Below are positions 9,552 to 17,445 of a stretch of 64,000 bases of DNA, one piece after another. The notes under the pieces are model-generated. The model was not told where the DNA came from. It did no database searches and saw nothing but the letters and a program-made list of their open reading frames with translations. The position numbers were made by a program, and so were the translations under genes. The stretch is from positions 201,993 through 265,992 of the forward strand of contig LSNL01000003.1 of NCBI GenBank assembly GCA_003056145.1. The letters are read 5' to 3'. Position 1 is the first letter of the stretch, and the number at the start of each line of letters is the position of its first letter. The DNA is from Parcubacteria group bacterium M10-OD1-1 (GTDB lineage Bacteria; Patescibacteriota; Minisyncoccia; Moranbacterales; UBA2206).

Positions 9552-9620
9552 TTTTGGAATAAAGGTGGCTTTATTAACTTAATTTATTTTGAGGCGGTTA
9601 ATTTAAAAGTTTAAGATATT

Positions 9621-10397
9621 ATGATAAAAATTCTAGTCAATATATATTTATGGGAAAATCCTAGACTATTTGGAAGTAATTTCAGGGTTAAAGAAGATGA
9701 TAAAGTTATCATCCCAATGGAAAATAGCAATGAAATCGGAGTTGTTTTAAAAACTGATGTTAAAACTAAGGATAATCCTCAAGAAAAAATTATTAGAATA
9801 GCCACAGAGCGTGACAAGATAGTTTATCAGCAACATGAAAAAGAAAAATCTGAATTCATTAAACATTGTCGGAAAAAAGTCAAAGAGCTTGAATTGTCAA
9901 TGAAAATTATTGACGCTAGAATAAGCTTGGATGGGAAACAAGTAATTTTTATTTTTACAGCTGACGGAAGAGTGGACTTCAGAAGTTTAGTTAAAAATAT
10001 ATCTAGGGATTTAAAGAAGCTAATTAGGATGCAACAAATTGGCAGTCGTGATGAGGCCAGAAAGCTAGGTGGCTATGGAATTTGCGGTAGAGAATTATGC
10101 TGTGTCAAATTTCCGGGTAGTATTCCAAGTATTACTACTGATATGGCTAGGGTGCAACAAATTGCTCATCGTGGATCAGAGAGAATGTCTGGACTTTGCG
10201 GGAGGTTAATGTGTTGCTTAGCTTATGAAGCGGAACAATATAAAAAAATGCTAGAAGGAATGCCAGAATTATATAGTATTGTTGATACCAAGGAAGGGAA
10301 GGGAACTGTTGTAGAAATTATTGTTCCTACTCAGGAAATCAAAGTAAAAACTCAAAGTGGAAAATACCTAATTCTTAAAAAAGAAGATTTTAAATAG
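9621..10397 (+). CDS. PSP1 C-terminal domain protein (YaaT/RicT-like)
   Basis: 'LGGYGICGRELCCVKFPG' and 'SGLCGRLMCCLAYE' Cys-pair motifs of the PSP1/YaaT family. The true start may be downstream of 9621. Confidence 0.7.
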   Translation: MIKILVNIYLWENPRLFGSNFRVKEDDKVIIPMENSNEIGVVLKTDVKTKDNPQEKIIRIATERDKIVYQQHEKEKSEFIKHCRKKVKELELSMKIIDARISLDGKQVIFIFTADGRVDFRSLVKNISRDLKKLIRMQQIGSRDEARKLGGYGICGRELCCVKFPGSIPSITTDMARVQQIAHRGSERMSGLCGRLMCCLAYEAEQYKKMLEGMPELYSIVDTKEGKGTVVEIIVPTQEIKVKTQSGKYLILKKEDFK

Positions 10398-10400
10398 TTT

Positions 10401-11141
10401 ATGCTTTACTCAATTATACCTCCAATCATAGTAGTCTTAAGTTTATTAGGAATAATTCTATTCTTAATGAAAAAAGCTCCAGAAATAGCTCGTTTAGCTG
10501 AAGCCCAAAAGAAGATTAATAACACTGAAACATATTATACTCATTCAGTAAAAATGATTGAGAAGCAAAAAATAGTAACCATAATCGGCTTGCTTTTAAT
10601 TAAAAAAATTCATCAATTAAAAATATTTTTTCAAGAAAATAAAAGATTTTTTATTGATTGGAAAAAGCAACTAAAAATTAAAAAGGCACAGAAAGAAAAA
10701 TTAGCAGAAAGAAAAGAATTAGAACAGTTAGAAAATTTAGAAAATAAGGAAGGGGATACTTTGATTGATGTGCATAATGAGGAATATCTTAATAAACTAA
10801 TAGAGGAGAATAGTGAATTACAAAAAAAAGAAGTTACTAAACAGGCTAAGATTATTAGAAAAAGAGAAATTAGAAAAGCTATTAAACCAATAGTTAGTAA
10901 AAGAGTAGTAACACCTAAAAAAATTAGAGAGAGAAAAGATATTTTTGAAAAGATATTAATTGATAGAATCGCGGTTAATCCAAAGGATATTGAAGCTTAT
11001 GAAAGATTGGGAGAATATTATAGTGAGATTGAGAACTGGGAGTATGCTAAAGAATGTTTTAAGCAAGTTATAAGACTTGATAATAAAAATATTAGTGTTA
11101 AAATAAAAATGAAAAGATTAGAACGATTGCTGAGCAAATAG
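10401..11141 (+). CDS. hypothetical membrane-anchored coiled-coil protein with C-terminal TPR-like repeat
   Basis: N-terminal TM 'IIPPIIVVLSLLGIILFL', Lys/Glu-rich coiled coil, and 'YERLGEYYSEIENWEYAKECFKQVIRLD' TPR-like helix pair. Confidence 0.5.
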   Translation: MLYSIIPPIIVVLSLLGIILFLMKKAPEIARLAEAQKKINNTETYYTHSVKMIEKQKIVTIIGLLLIKKIHQLKIFFQENKRFFIDWKKQLKIKKAQKEKLAERKELEQLENLENKEGDTLIDVHNEEYLNKLIEENSELQKKEVTKQAKIIRKREIRKAIKPIVSKRVVTPKKIRERKDIFEKILIDRIAVNPKDIEAYERLGEYYSEIENWEYAKECFKQVIRLDNKNISVKIKMKRLERLLSK

Positions 11142-11228
11142 TTCTCAGGAAGTGTTTTATTTTTTCGCCAAGAAAGTTAAAAAATCTAAAGGCTAGTTAA
11201 CTTGGCGAATAAATTTAAAAATGATTTT

Positions 11229-11302
11229 GCCTGAATAGCTCAGTTGGTTAGAGCAACTGTTTTGTAAACAGTAGGTCGTCGGTTCGAATCCGACTTCAGG
11301 CT
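11229..11302 (+). tRNA. tRNA-Thr (anticodon TGT)
   Basis: Hand-folded cloverleaf: acceptor gcctgaa/ttcaggc, D arm gctc..gagc, anticodon stem actgt/acagt with loop tttgtaa, T arm gtcgg-ttcgaat-ccgac. No encoded CCA. Confidence 0.8.
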
Positions 11303-11325
11303 CAGTAATGATGGAATTTAATTAG

Positions 11326-11408
11326 GGGTCGGTGGCAGAGTGGTTAAATGCACCTGACTGTAAATCAGGCGACGTAAGTCTACGGCGGTTCAAATCCGTC
11401 CCGGCCCA
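11326..11408 (+). tRNA. tRNA-Tyr (anticodon GTA) with long variable arm
   Basis: Acceptor gggtcgg/ccggccc (one G-U), anticodon stem cctga/tcagg with loop ctgtaaa, long variable arm, T loop ttcaaat. Confidence 0.75.
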
Positions 11409-11463
11409 CATCAAGATTGTAAAAAGCAGGCTATTATTATAGATAGAGAACGGAGGTTTCTAC

Positions 11464-11536
11464 GCCGAGATAGCTCAGCTGGTAGAGCACGTCCATGGTA
11501 AGGACGGGGTCCCGGGTTCAAGTCCCGGTCTCGGCT
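11464..11536 (+). tRNA. tRNA-Thr (anticodon GGT)
   Basis: Acceptor gccgaga/tctcggc, D arm gctc-agctggtag-agc, anticodon stem cgtcc/ggacg with loop atggtaa, T arm ccggg-ttcaagt-cccgg. Confidence 0.8.
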
Positions 11537-11616
11537 CAGGGATTATTGAGGAAAAATAGTTTAGTAGGTAATAAAATTAATCGAAATTAAAATTTAACAT
11601 ATTTAATATAATAATT

Positions 11617-11772
11617 ATGACACGAGAAAATTTAGTGAAGATGAAATGCGAAGTTTGTAAAAATATTAATTATTTTACATCCCGAAATAAAAAAACTATC
11701 AAAGAAAAATTAGAGTTAAAAAAACATTGTCCAAAATGTCGCAAGCATACTTTACACAAAGAAATGAAATAA
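11617..11772 (+). CDS. rpmG: 50S ribosomal protein L33 (51 aa); below the ORF-track cutoff
   Basis: Manual translation [51 protein letters not shown] shows the L33 CxxC...CxxC zinc ribbon. Sits directly after the tRNA cluster, as in many bacteria. Confidence 0.85.
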   Translation: MTRENLVKMKCEVCKNINYFTSRNKKTIKEKLELKKHCPKCRKHTLHKEMK

Positions 11773-12118
11773 GTGGAAGATTTGATAGGTTCTACTTTTG
11801 TGAACTTGCGAGTTTGGTTTGTTAGAATACTCTTTGACAAATAAAAGTAAATGCAGATTAATAATAAAGTGAGGATCCCCAAATTTCTTAACGGAAGCTT
11901 GATTCTCTTTTATTGTTTTGGAGGTAGTCATTTTTAAAATGGCTGTCTTTGTTTCATCAAAGGCTTTAAATAATAGTAAAGCTTGACTTAGTGCTTATTT
12001 TATATTAAACTTATATGTTGAGTAAACTTACTCACAAATTTACAATTGAATAGTTGAATATATGGATAAAAATGAATCTTATTTAAAAAAATTTTACTAA
12101 GAAAAAAGGAGGGAGAAG

Positions 12119-12571
12119 ATGAAAATAAGAAGAGTTTGTGAAGATGATAGAAAAGTTCTTAGAGTAATAGCTTTTGGCATACTTGAGCCTTTGTATGGAG
12201 ATCAGTCAAAAGCTTTGCATGAATGGATTTCTGGAGAAGGTTTTAAATATGCCTTTGCCCTAGTATCAAAAAACAATGAGGTGGCTGGATTTTTGTCTCT
12301 CAAAGCTAATCCAGCTAATCTATATCTAAAAATTTCAACACTTCTGATTTTTGATGGACATAAAAAACTTGGATATGGTAAAAAATTACTTGCTAAAGCT
12401 ATTCACGTAGCAGAAGAACTTGGTTTCAAGAAGATAAAAGTCACAGTGTCTGACAGCAAGCAGGAATCTCTGAATTTTTTTACTCATGCAGATTTTATTA
12501 TTGTTGATAAAAAGTTGGGTAAATATAGACAAGACGCTACTGAAATAATACTTGAAATGGAGGTTATATAG
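12119..12571 (+). CDS. GNAT-family N-acetyltransferase
   Basis: Acetyl-CoA P-loop-like motif 'KKLGYGKKLLAKA' (Q/R-x-x-G-x-G/A). ~150 aa. Strong SD AAGGAGGG at 12107-12114. Confidence 0.75.
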   Translation: MKIRRVCEDDRKVLRVIAFGILEPLYGDQSKALHEWISGEGFKYAFALVSKNNEVAGFLSLKANPANLYLKISTLLIFDGHKKLGYGKKLLAKAIHVAEELGFKKIKVTVSDSKQESLNFFTHADFIIVDKKLGKYRQDATEIILEMEVI

Positions 12572-12912
12572 TGAAAGAGTTAAGATTTAAACGCAAATAT
12601 TTAATGATGGTTGATTCGGAGAATAAGACTCTGGAATGTAGAGTTAATTATCCATTTATCAGAAACATCAAAAAAGGTAACGTTGTGAAATTTTTTTGGG
12701 AGAAAGTATCCTTAATTGTTAAAATTATTGAGATTAGGCGATATAAAACATTTAGGGATATGTTCATGAAAGAGAATGTTAGTAAGCTTGTTCCTGGAAT
12801 GACACCAGAACAAGCGTTGCGTGAATATGAGTCAATCTATCCGAAATGGAAAGTCCAGAGGTTTGGCGGGCTTATTGTTTTTGAATTTAAACTTATTCAC
12901 AGGGAAAAGTAA
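12571..12912 (+). CDS. ASCH-domain protein, YqfB-like (putative N4-acylcytidine amidohydrolase)
   Basis: GTG start overlaps the GNAT TAG stop by 1 nt (taGtg). ASCH 'NKTLECR' (GxKxxExR-type) motif, plus 'EQALREYESIYPKWK...LIVFEFKLI' resembling E. coli YqfB 'ADIYPGQTQFYVIEFK'. Confidence 0.65.
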   Translation: MKELRFKRKYLMMVDSENKTLECRVNYPFIRNIKKGNVVKFFWEKVSLIVKIIEIRRYKTFRDMFMKENVSKLVPGMTPEQALREYESIYPKWKVQRFGGLIVFEFKLIHREK

Positions 12913-12935
12913 AATTATATTGCAGTATCAATAAT

Positions 12936-12970
12936 AAGGTGGTAGGCTGAAAAAGCAAACCACCTTTTTT
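12936..12970 (+). terminator. candidate intrinsic terminator after GNAT-ASCH pair
   Basis: 8-bp stem aaggtggt/accacctt, ~15-nt loop, followed by TTTTTTATTTT. Confidence 0.45.
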
Positions 12971-12981
12971 ATTTTAGAATT

Positions 12982-13314
12982 ATGAAAATTATTTCAATCA
13001 ACATACAGGAACCATATTATTCATTTATTTTGAATGGAAAAAAGACTATAGAAGGACGTCTAAATAAGGGAAAATTCGCTTCTATAAACATTGGTGATAG
13101 CATAGAATTAAAGCCGGAAAAAATCAGGTTTTTGATTGTTGAAAAAAAAATATATAAAAATTTTAAGGAAATGATGAAAATAGAAGGTGTAAAAAATGTT
13201 ATTCCTGATAAAAATAGCTTAGATGAGGCAGTGAATGTTTATTATAAATTTTATACAAAAGAAGACGAACAAACATTTGGTGTTGTGGCTATTAGAATTA
13301 AAAGAGACAATTGA
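12982..13314 (+). CDS. ASCH-domain protein, second YqfB-like paralog
   Basis: Perfect ASCH motif 'NGKKTIEGR' (G-x-K-x-x-E-x-R). ~110 aa. C-terminal 'VYYKFYTKEDEQTFGVVAIRIK' resembles the YqfB C-terminus. Confidence 0.65.
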   Translation: MKIISINIQEPYYSFILNGKKTIEGRLNKGKFASINIGDSIELKPEKIRFLIVEKKIYKNFKEMMKIEGVKNVIPDKNSLDEAVNVYYKFYTKEDEQTFGVVAIRIKRDN

Positions 13315-13516
13315 AGAAGTAATTGATGATTTGCTTAAAAGAATAATAGAAGTTAAAATAAATATTAAGGAAGGTAGGAGTTAAATAAGATTAATTCTAG
13401 TTATTATCTTTGTAGATACACTTATAATTTTAACTAAACTTTTGATTGGAAATTTCTTTTATTGTTTTAAATTGATTATCTAGTAAAAAAAATTAAATGC
13501 AAAAGGAGGAAGGCTA

Positions 13517-13759
13517 ATGAAACAGAGAAAGGAAGTTATGTTAACAGTCTGTTGTGGTTGTCAGGATAGAGGAGCCTTGGGTTGTTATGATAGTCGCAGA
13601 GAAGAGGAGAAAAAAATTCTTTATTGTGAATCTTGTGGTGTCATGCATTGCCCGACAACTAATAGTCCAGATAGCTATGGGCTATGTCCAAAGTGTCATC
13701 AAGGACTTCTTCAAAAAATAAAGGAATTAGCACTAGCTGAAAAAAATAAAAAAAAATAA
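13517..13759 (+). CDS. small Cys-rich (9 Cys) putative zinc-ribbon protein
   Basis: 'VCCGCQDRGALGC' plus 'CESCG...(16 aa)...CPKCH' (CxxC-x16-CxxC). Strong SD AAAGGAGGAAGG immediately upstream. The true start may be the internal Met at 13538. Confidence 0.55.
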   Translation: MKQRKEVMLTVCCGCQDRGALGCYDSRREEEKKILYCESCGVMHCPTTNSPDSYGLCPKCHQGLLQKIKELALAEKNKKK

Positions 13760-13781
13760 AAAGAAGATTGCTCTTTTTTAA

Positions 13782-13819
13782 GTGGTATTTTTCGTAATTA
13801 CGAAAAACACCACTTTTTA
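13782..13819 (+). terminator. intrinsic terminator after the Cys-rich ORF
   Basis: ~14-bp near-perfect hairpin gtggtatttttcgta/tacgaaaaacaccac with aatt loop, followed by TTTTT. Confidence 0.65.
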
Positions 13820-13990
13820 TTAAATAAATTTTAGAGATAAAAATTTTAATAATAAAAAATAAATCAAGCTAATTAAGAATTCTTTTTATAGTGTAAATTT
13901 TAAATTGTGATATAATAATAAAAAGTGAGATAAACATTAAAAACTTTTGAAATTATAGGAGATGGGAGATATTAAATAACTGATAAATGT

Positions 13991-14695
13991 ATGAGTATAA
14001 AAAAAGAAAAAATAATAATTGCTGTTGACGATTTTGGTGTCAGTAAAAAAGCCAATCAAGCTATTTTAAAATTGGTGAAGGTCGGAAAAATTGACCGAGT
14101 AGCGGTAATGATGGGAGGAAAAATTTCCAAAGAAGAGGCACGAGAACTTTTAAATTCAGGCGTGAAACTAGATATACATTTACATCTTTTGGGAAAGAAT
14201 TTTTTCGCCAAAAGAAAGGATGAACCATCTATTAATATTTTTCAAAGAATAGCTTTTTTTTTAGTGGATATTATGATTGGGAAGTATAGTGTTCCAAAAA
14301 TTAGAAAAGCTTGGAGAAGGCAGTTGGAAGATTTTAAGGCTTCGTTTGAAAGATATCCTGATGGTATAAATTCTCATGAGCATATGCATTTTTTTCCGAC
14401 ATTCTTTAAGGTTGCCCTGAAGTTAAAAAGAGATTGTAGTATTGGCTATATTAGATTTGGGGAAGAAAAATATAATTTAAAATTTAATTTGGTGGCTTTT
14501 ATTCTTGATCTCCTAAGAATAGTGAATTTAAAATTTAACAAAGATAAATTTGAAACATCTAAGTATTTAGTCAGTTTTGATTGGATTGAAAATGATGCTA
14601 ATTTCTTTAAGCATCTTTCTTCGGTTGATAGTACTGAATTGGTTTTTCATCCAGAGCGAGACAATGAATTTGAATTTTTGATAAAAAACTTTTAG
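13991..14695 (+). CDS. YdjC/ChbG/HpnK-family carbohydrate deacetylase-like protein
   Basis: N-terminal 'IIIAVDDFGVSKKANQAI' matches the YdjC 'NADDFGLS' signature; His-rich metal-site region 'HLHLLG...HEHMHFF'. Confidence 0.65.
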   Translation: MSIKKEKIIIAVDDFGVSKKANQAILKLVKVGKIDRVAVMMGGKISKEEARELLNSGVKLDIHLHLLGKNFFAKRKDEPSINIFQRIAFFLVDIMIGKYSVPKIRKAWRRQLEDFKASFERYPDGINSHEHMHFFPTFFKVALKLKRDCSIGYIRFGEEKYNLKFNLVAFILDLLRIVNLKFNKDKFETSKYLVSFDWIENDANFFKHLSSVDSTELVFHPERDNEFEFLIKNF

Positions 14696-14891
14696 ACTAA
14701 ATTATTTTTGAAGAGTAACAAAATTTAGAAGATATATTAGAGTGTGATAATTTTTGTTTCAACGCTATTTTTTATAAAGATAGACATTAGATAATGGATA
14801 GTTTTATCGTTAATGATATGTGCAGTGATTTTAGAAAGTTCTTTCACTAGATTTTAAATAAATATAAATTTATTTTTTATTTTTCTAGTGT

Positions 14892-16133
14892 TTATGACTG
14901 TTTTATTTTTGAAATTAAACTTTTGATAGGAATAATCTTGCTCTTTATTTCGTTTCTCTTTTTAAACTCAACGCCACCAGCGTCAATGGATTTTCCACTA
15001 ATTACGACTCTATACGGAATTCCAATTAAATCTGAGTCGGCAAACTTTTCTCCAGCTCGGACATTACGATCATCATAAAGAGTTTCAATGCTGTTTTTCA
15101 ATAAATCATCGTAAATTTTTTGTGCTTCCTCATCTTTTCCAAGGCTAATGAGATGAACATTAAAAGGTGCAACAGCTTCTGGCCAAATAATTCCCTTATT
15201 ATCATTGTAGATTTCGGTGATTGTTCCCATGACGCGTTGCGGACCGATACCGTAACATCCCATGATTACCGACTTTGATTTTCCTTCCTTATCTTTATAT
15301 TTTAAATCTAGTGCTCTAGAGAATTTATCCATAAGTTTAAAAATATTTCCTACTTCTACGGCTTTTTCTTCGTGCAATTTAGCATTTCCGCACTCAGGGC
15401 ACTGGTGATTTAAATCTTTGATTATTTCCTTGTTGACGGCGATGTGACACTTATCGCAAACATAAATTAAGTCTTCTCCAGAAGAAGTAATCGTTTGAAA
15501 TTCATGGGAATATTGGGAAAAAGTCCCACCAGAAGCATAAGTCATATAGGTTTTATCTCCTAATCCTAGTCGATTAAATATTTTAAGATAAGCCTCTTGA
15601 GCTTTTTTATAATATACTTCTAAATCTTCTTGATTGGCGTGGAAGGAATAAAGGTCTTTCATAATGAATTCTCTAAGACGCATTATTCCAGATTTGGCAC
15701 GTTTTTCATTTCTAAATTTAGTTTGAAATTGGTAGACATATTTTGGTAGGTCTTTATAGGAATTGATGTGTTTTTTAATTAAATTGACTAATGGTTCTTC
15801 ATGAGTTGTTCCTAGTCCAACTTCTCCGCCAGTTTTTATTTTGGTTTTAAACCACACATCCAAAACTTCGTCGTCCCAACGTCCGGTTATTTTCCAGATT
15901 TTCGGATTTTGAAGGGCGGTCAAAAGAATTTCTTGTCCTCCTATGGCATTAATTTCTTCGCGAATTATTTCTATTATTTTATTAAGTGTTCTAAGTCCAA
16001 GTGGCAAAAAAGAATAAACTCCAGCCATTTCTTTATCAATAAACCCAGCCCTAAGAAGAAGTTGAGCATTTAGACTGACCTCATCTTTGGGGGCTTGCTT
16101 TTGGGTTTTGGTAAATAATTGTGATTGTTTCAT
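14892..16133 (-). CDS. proS: prolyl-tRNA synthetase, short bacterial form lacking the INS editing domain
   Basis: 'MKQSQLFTKTQKQAPKDEVSLNAQLLLRAGFI' ProRS N-terminus; motif 2 'FRNEKRAKSGIMRLREFIMKDLYSFH'; 'SQYSHEFQTITSSGEDLIYVC' and C-terminal anticodon-binding domain. Only ~25-aa CxxC...CxxC mini-insert where INS would be. Confidence 0.85.
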   Translation of the reverse strand: MKQSQLFTKTQKQAPKDEVSLNAQLLLRAGFIDKEMAGVYSFLPLGLRTLNKIIEIIREEINAIGGQEILLTALQNPKIWKITGRWDDEVLDVWFKTKIKTGGEVGLGTTHEEPLVNLIKKHINSYKDLPKYVYQFQTKFRNEKRAKSGIMRLREFIMKDLYSFHANQEDLEVYYKKAQEAYLKIFNRLGLGDKTYMTYASGGTFSQYSHEFQTITSSGEDLIYVCDKCHIAVNKEIIKDLNHQCPECGNAKLHEEKAVEVGNIFKLMDKFSRALDLKYKDKEGKSKSVIMGCYGIGPQRVMGTITEIYNDNKGIIWPEAVAPFNVHLISLGKDEEAQKIYDDLLKNSIETLYDDRNVRAGEKFADSDLIGIPYRVVISGKSIDAGGVEFKKRNEIKSKIIPIKSLISKIKQS

Positions 16134-16295
16134 ATTTTTTAATAAAGTTAGGAAAGAATAAATAAAATAGACTAGAGGTAGTTTATTGTAAATTTAGTGC
16201 TTTTATAATGGCATAATAAAAAATAAAAATCAACTGAAAAATTTTCCTGACTAATTTCTTAAAACCAAAGAAGGTTTATTTTTCTAGATTAATTA

Positions 16296-16304
16296 TGCTA
16301 TAAT
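16296..16304 (+). promoter_or_regulatory. candidate extended -10 promoter (TGcTATAAT) for ispG
   Basis: TG at 16296-16297 and TATAAT at 16299-16304, about 30 nt upstream of the ispG ATG. Confidence 0.4.
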
Positions 16305-16333
16305 TAGCTTAAAATAATTCTAAAATAATTATT

Positions 16334-17386
16334 ATGAAAAAATATATTTCAAGTGTAGTGAAAGTTGGTCAGTATAGATTAGGAGGAAAAAATCCAGTTC
16401 GTATACAATCAATGTGCAACACTGACACACGAGATGTTGCGATGACAGTTAAGCAGATATTAAATTTAGAAAAAGTTGGTTGTGAAATAATTAGAGTAGC
16501 GGTTCCTGATCAGGAAGCAGCTAAAGCTTTAGGAAAAATAAAAAAACAAATCCATATTCCTTTAGTAGCGGATATTCATTTTGATTATAAGCTAGCTTTG
16601 GAAGCTATGAAACAAGGAGTGGATAAACTAAGAATTAATCCTGGAAATATCGGTTCGGAGGAAAAAATCAAAGCGGTAGTTTTAATGGCTAAAAAGAAAA
16701 AAATTCCCATTAGAATTGGTATCAATAGTGGTTCGTTAGAAAAGGATATTTTGAAAAAGTACAAAGGTAAAGCTACTGCCAATGGGATGGTGGAATCAGC
16801 TATGAGGCATATTAAAATTTTAGAAAAGTATAAGTTTAAAGATATTTTAATTTCTCTTAAAGCTTCTGATATTAAAAGAACCGTAGAGGCTTATAGAATG
16901 TTAGCCGAAAAAGTTAAGTACCCTCTTCATATCGGAGTAACAGAAGCCGGAACATCCTTTAGAGGAACAATAATGTCATCTATTGGTTTAGGAATTTTAC
17001 TTTATGATGGTATTGGAGCAACAATGAGAGTTTCTTTAACGGCGGACACAACTGAAGAAGTGAAGGTGGCTTGGGAAATTCTGAAATCTTTGAAGCTTCG
17101 AAAAAGGGGAATAACTGTTACTAGTTGTCCAACTTGCGGGAGAACAGAAATTGATTTAATTGGATTGGCGAAAAAAGTTGAAGACGCAGTAGCTTTAATT
17201 GATAAGGATATTCACGTGGCGGTAATGGGCTGCGTTGTTAACGGTCCGGGGGAAGCACGCGAAGCGGATGTTGGAGTTGCTGGTGGAAAAAAATCGGGAG
17301 CTATTTTTGTGCGAGGTAAGATAAAAAAAACTGTTCCAGAAAATAAAATTTTAGAAGCTCTTTTAGAAGAGATTGATAAGTTATAA
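16334..17386 (+). CDS. ispG: 4-hydroxy-3-methylbut-2-en-1-yl diphosphate synthase (IspG/GcpE)
   Basis: 'VGQYRLGGKNPVRIQSMCNTDTRDVAMTVKQILNLEKVGCEIIRVAVP' TIM-barrel N-terminus and 'TSCPTCGRTEIDL...MGCVVNGPGE' [4Fe-4S] Cys motif. Confidence 0.9.
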   Translation: MKKYISSVVKVGQYRLGGKNPVRIQSMCNTDTRDVAMTVKQILNLEKVGCEIIRVAVPDQEAAKALGKIKKQIHIPLVADIHFDYKLALEAMKQGVDKLRINPGNIGSEEKIKAVVLMAKKKKIPIRIGINSGSLEKDILKKYKGKATANGMVESAMRHIKILEKYKFKDILISLKASDIKRTVEAYRMLAEKVKYPLHIGVTEAGTSFRGTIMSSIGLGILLYDGIGATMRVSLTADTTEEVKVAWEILKSLKLRKRGITVTSCPTCGRTEIDLIGLAKKVEDAVALIDKDIHVAVMGCVVNGPGEAREADVGVAGGKKSGAIFVRGKIKKTVPENKILEALLEEIDKL

Positions 17387-17445
17387 TTAAATAAAAAAGT
17401 AATATAAAAATTTTTTATATTTCAAAATAGATTACTAGCTAAAAT

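Noticed and set aside
11850-11900. BamHI (ggatcc) and HindIII (aagctt) sites 25 nt apart in the spacer after rpmG, raising suspicion of vector or polylinker contamination
   Set aside because: Flanking sequence is contiguous, native-looking AT-rich DNA with no other polylinker sites. Two 6-mers by chance is plausible.
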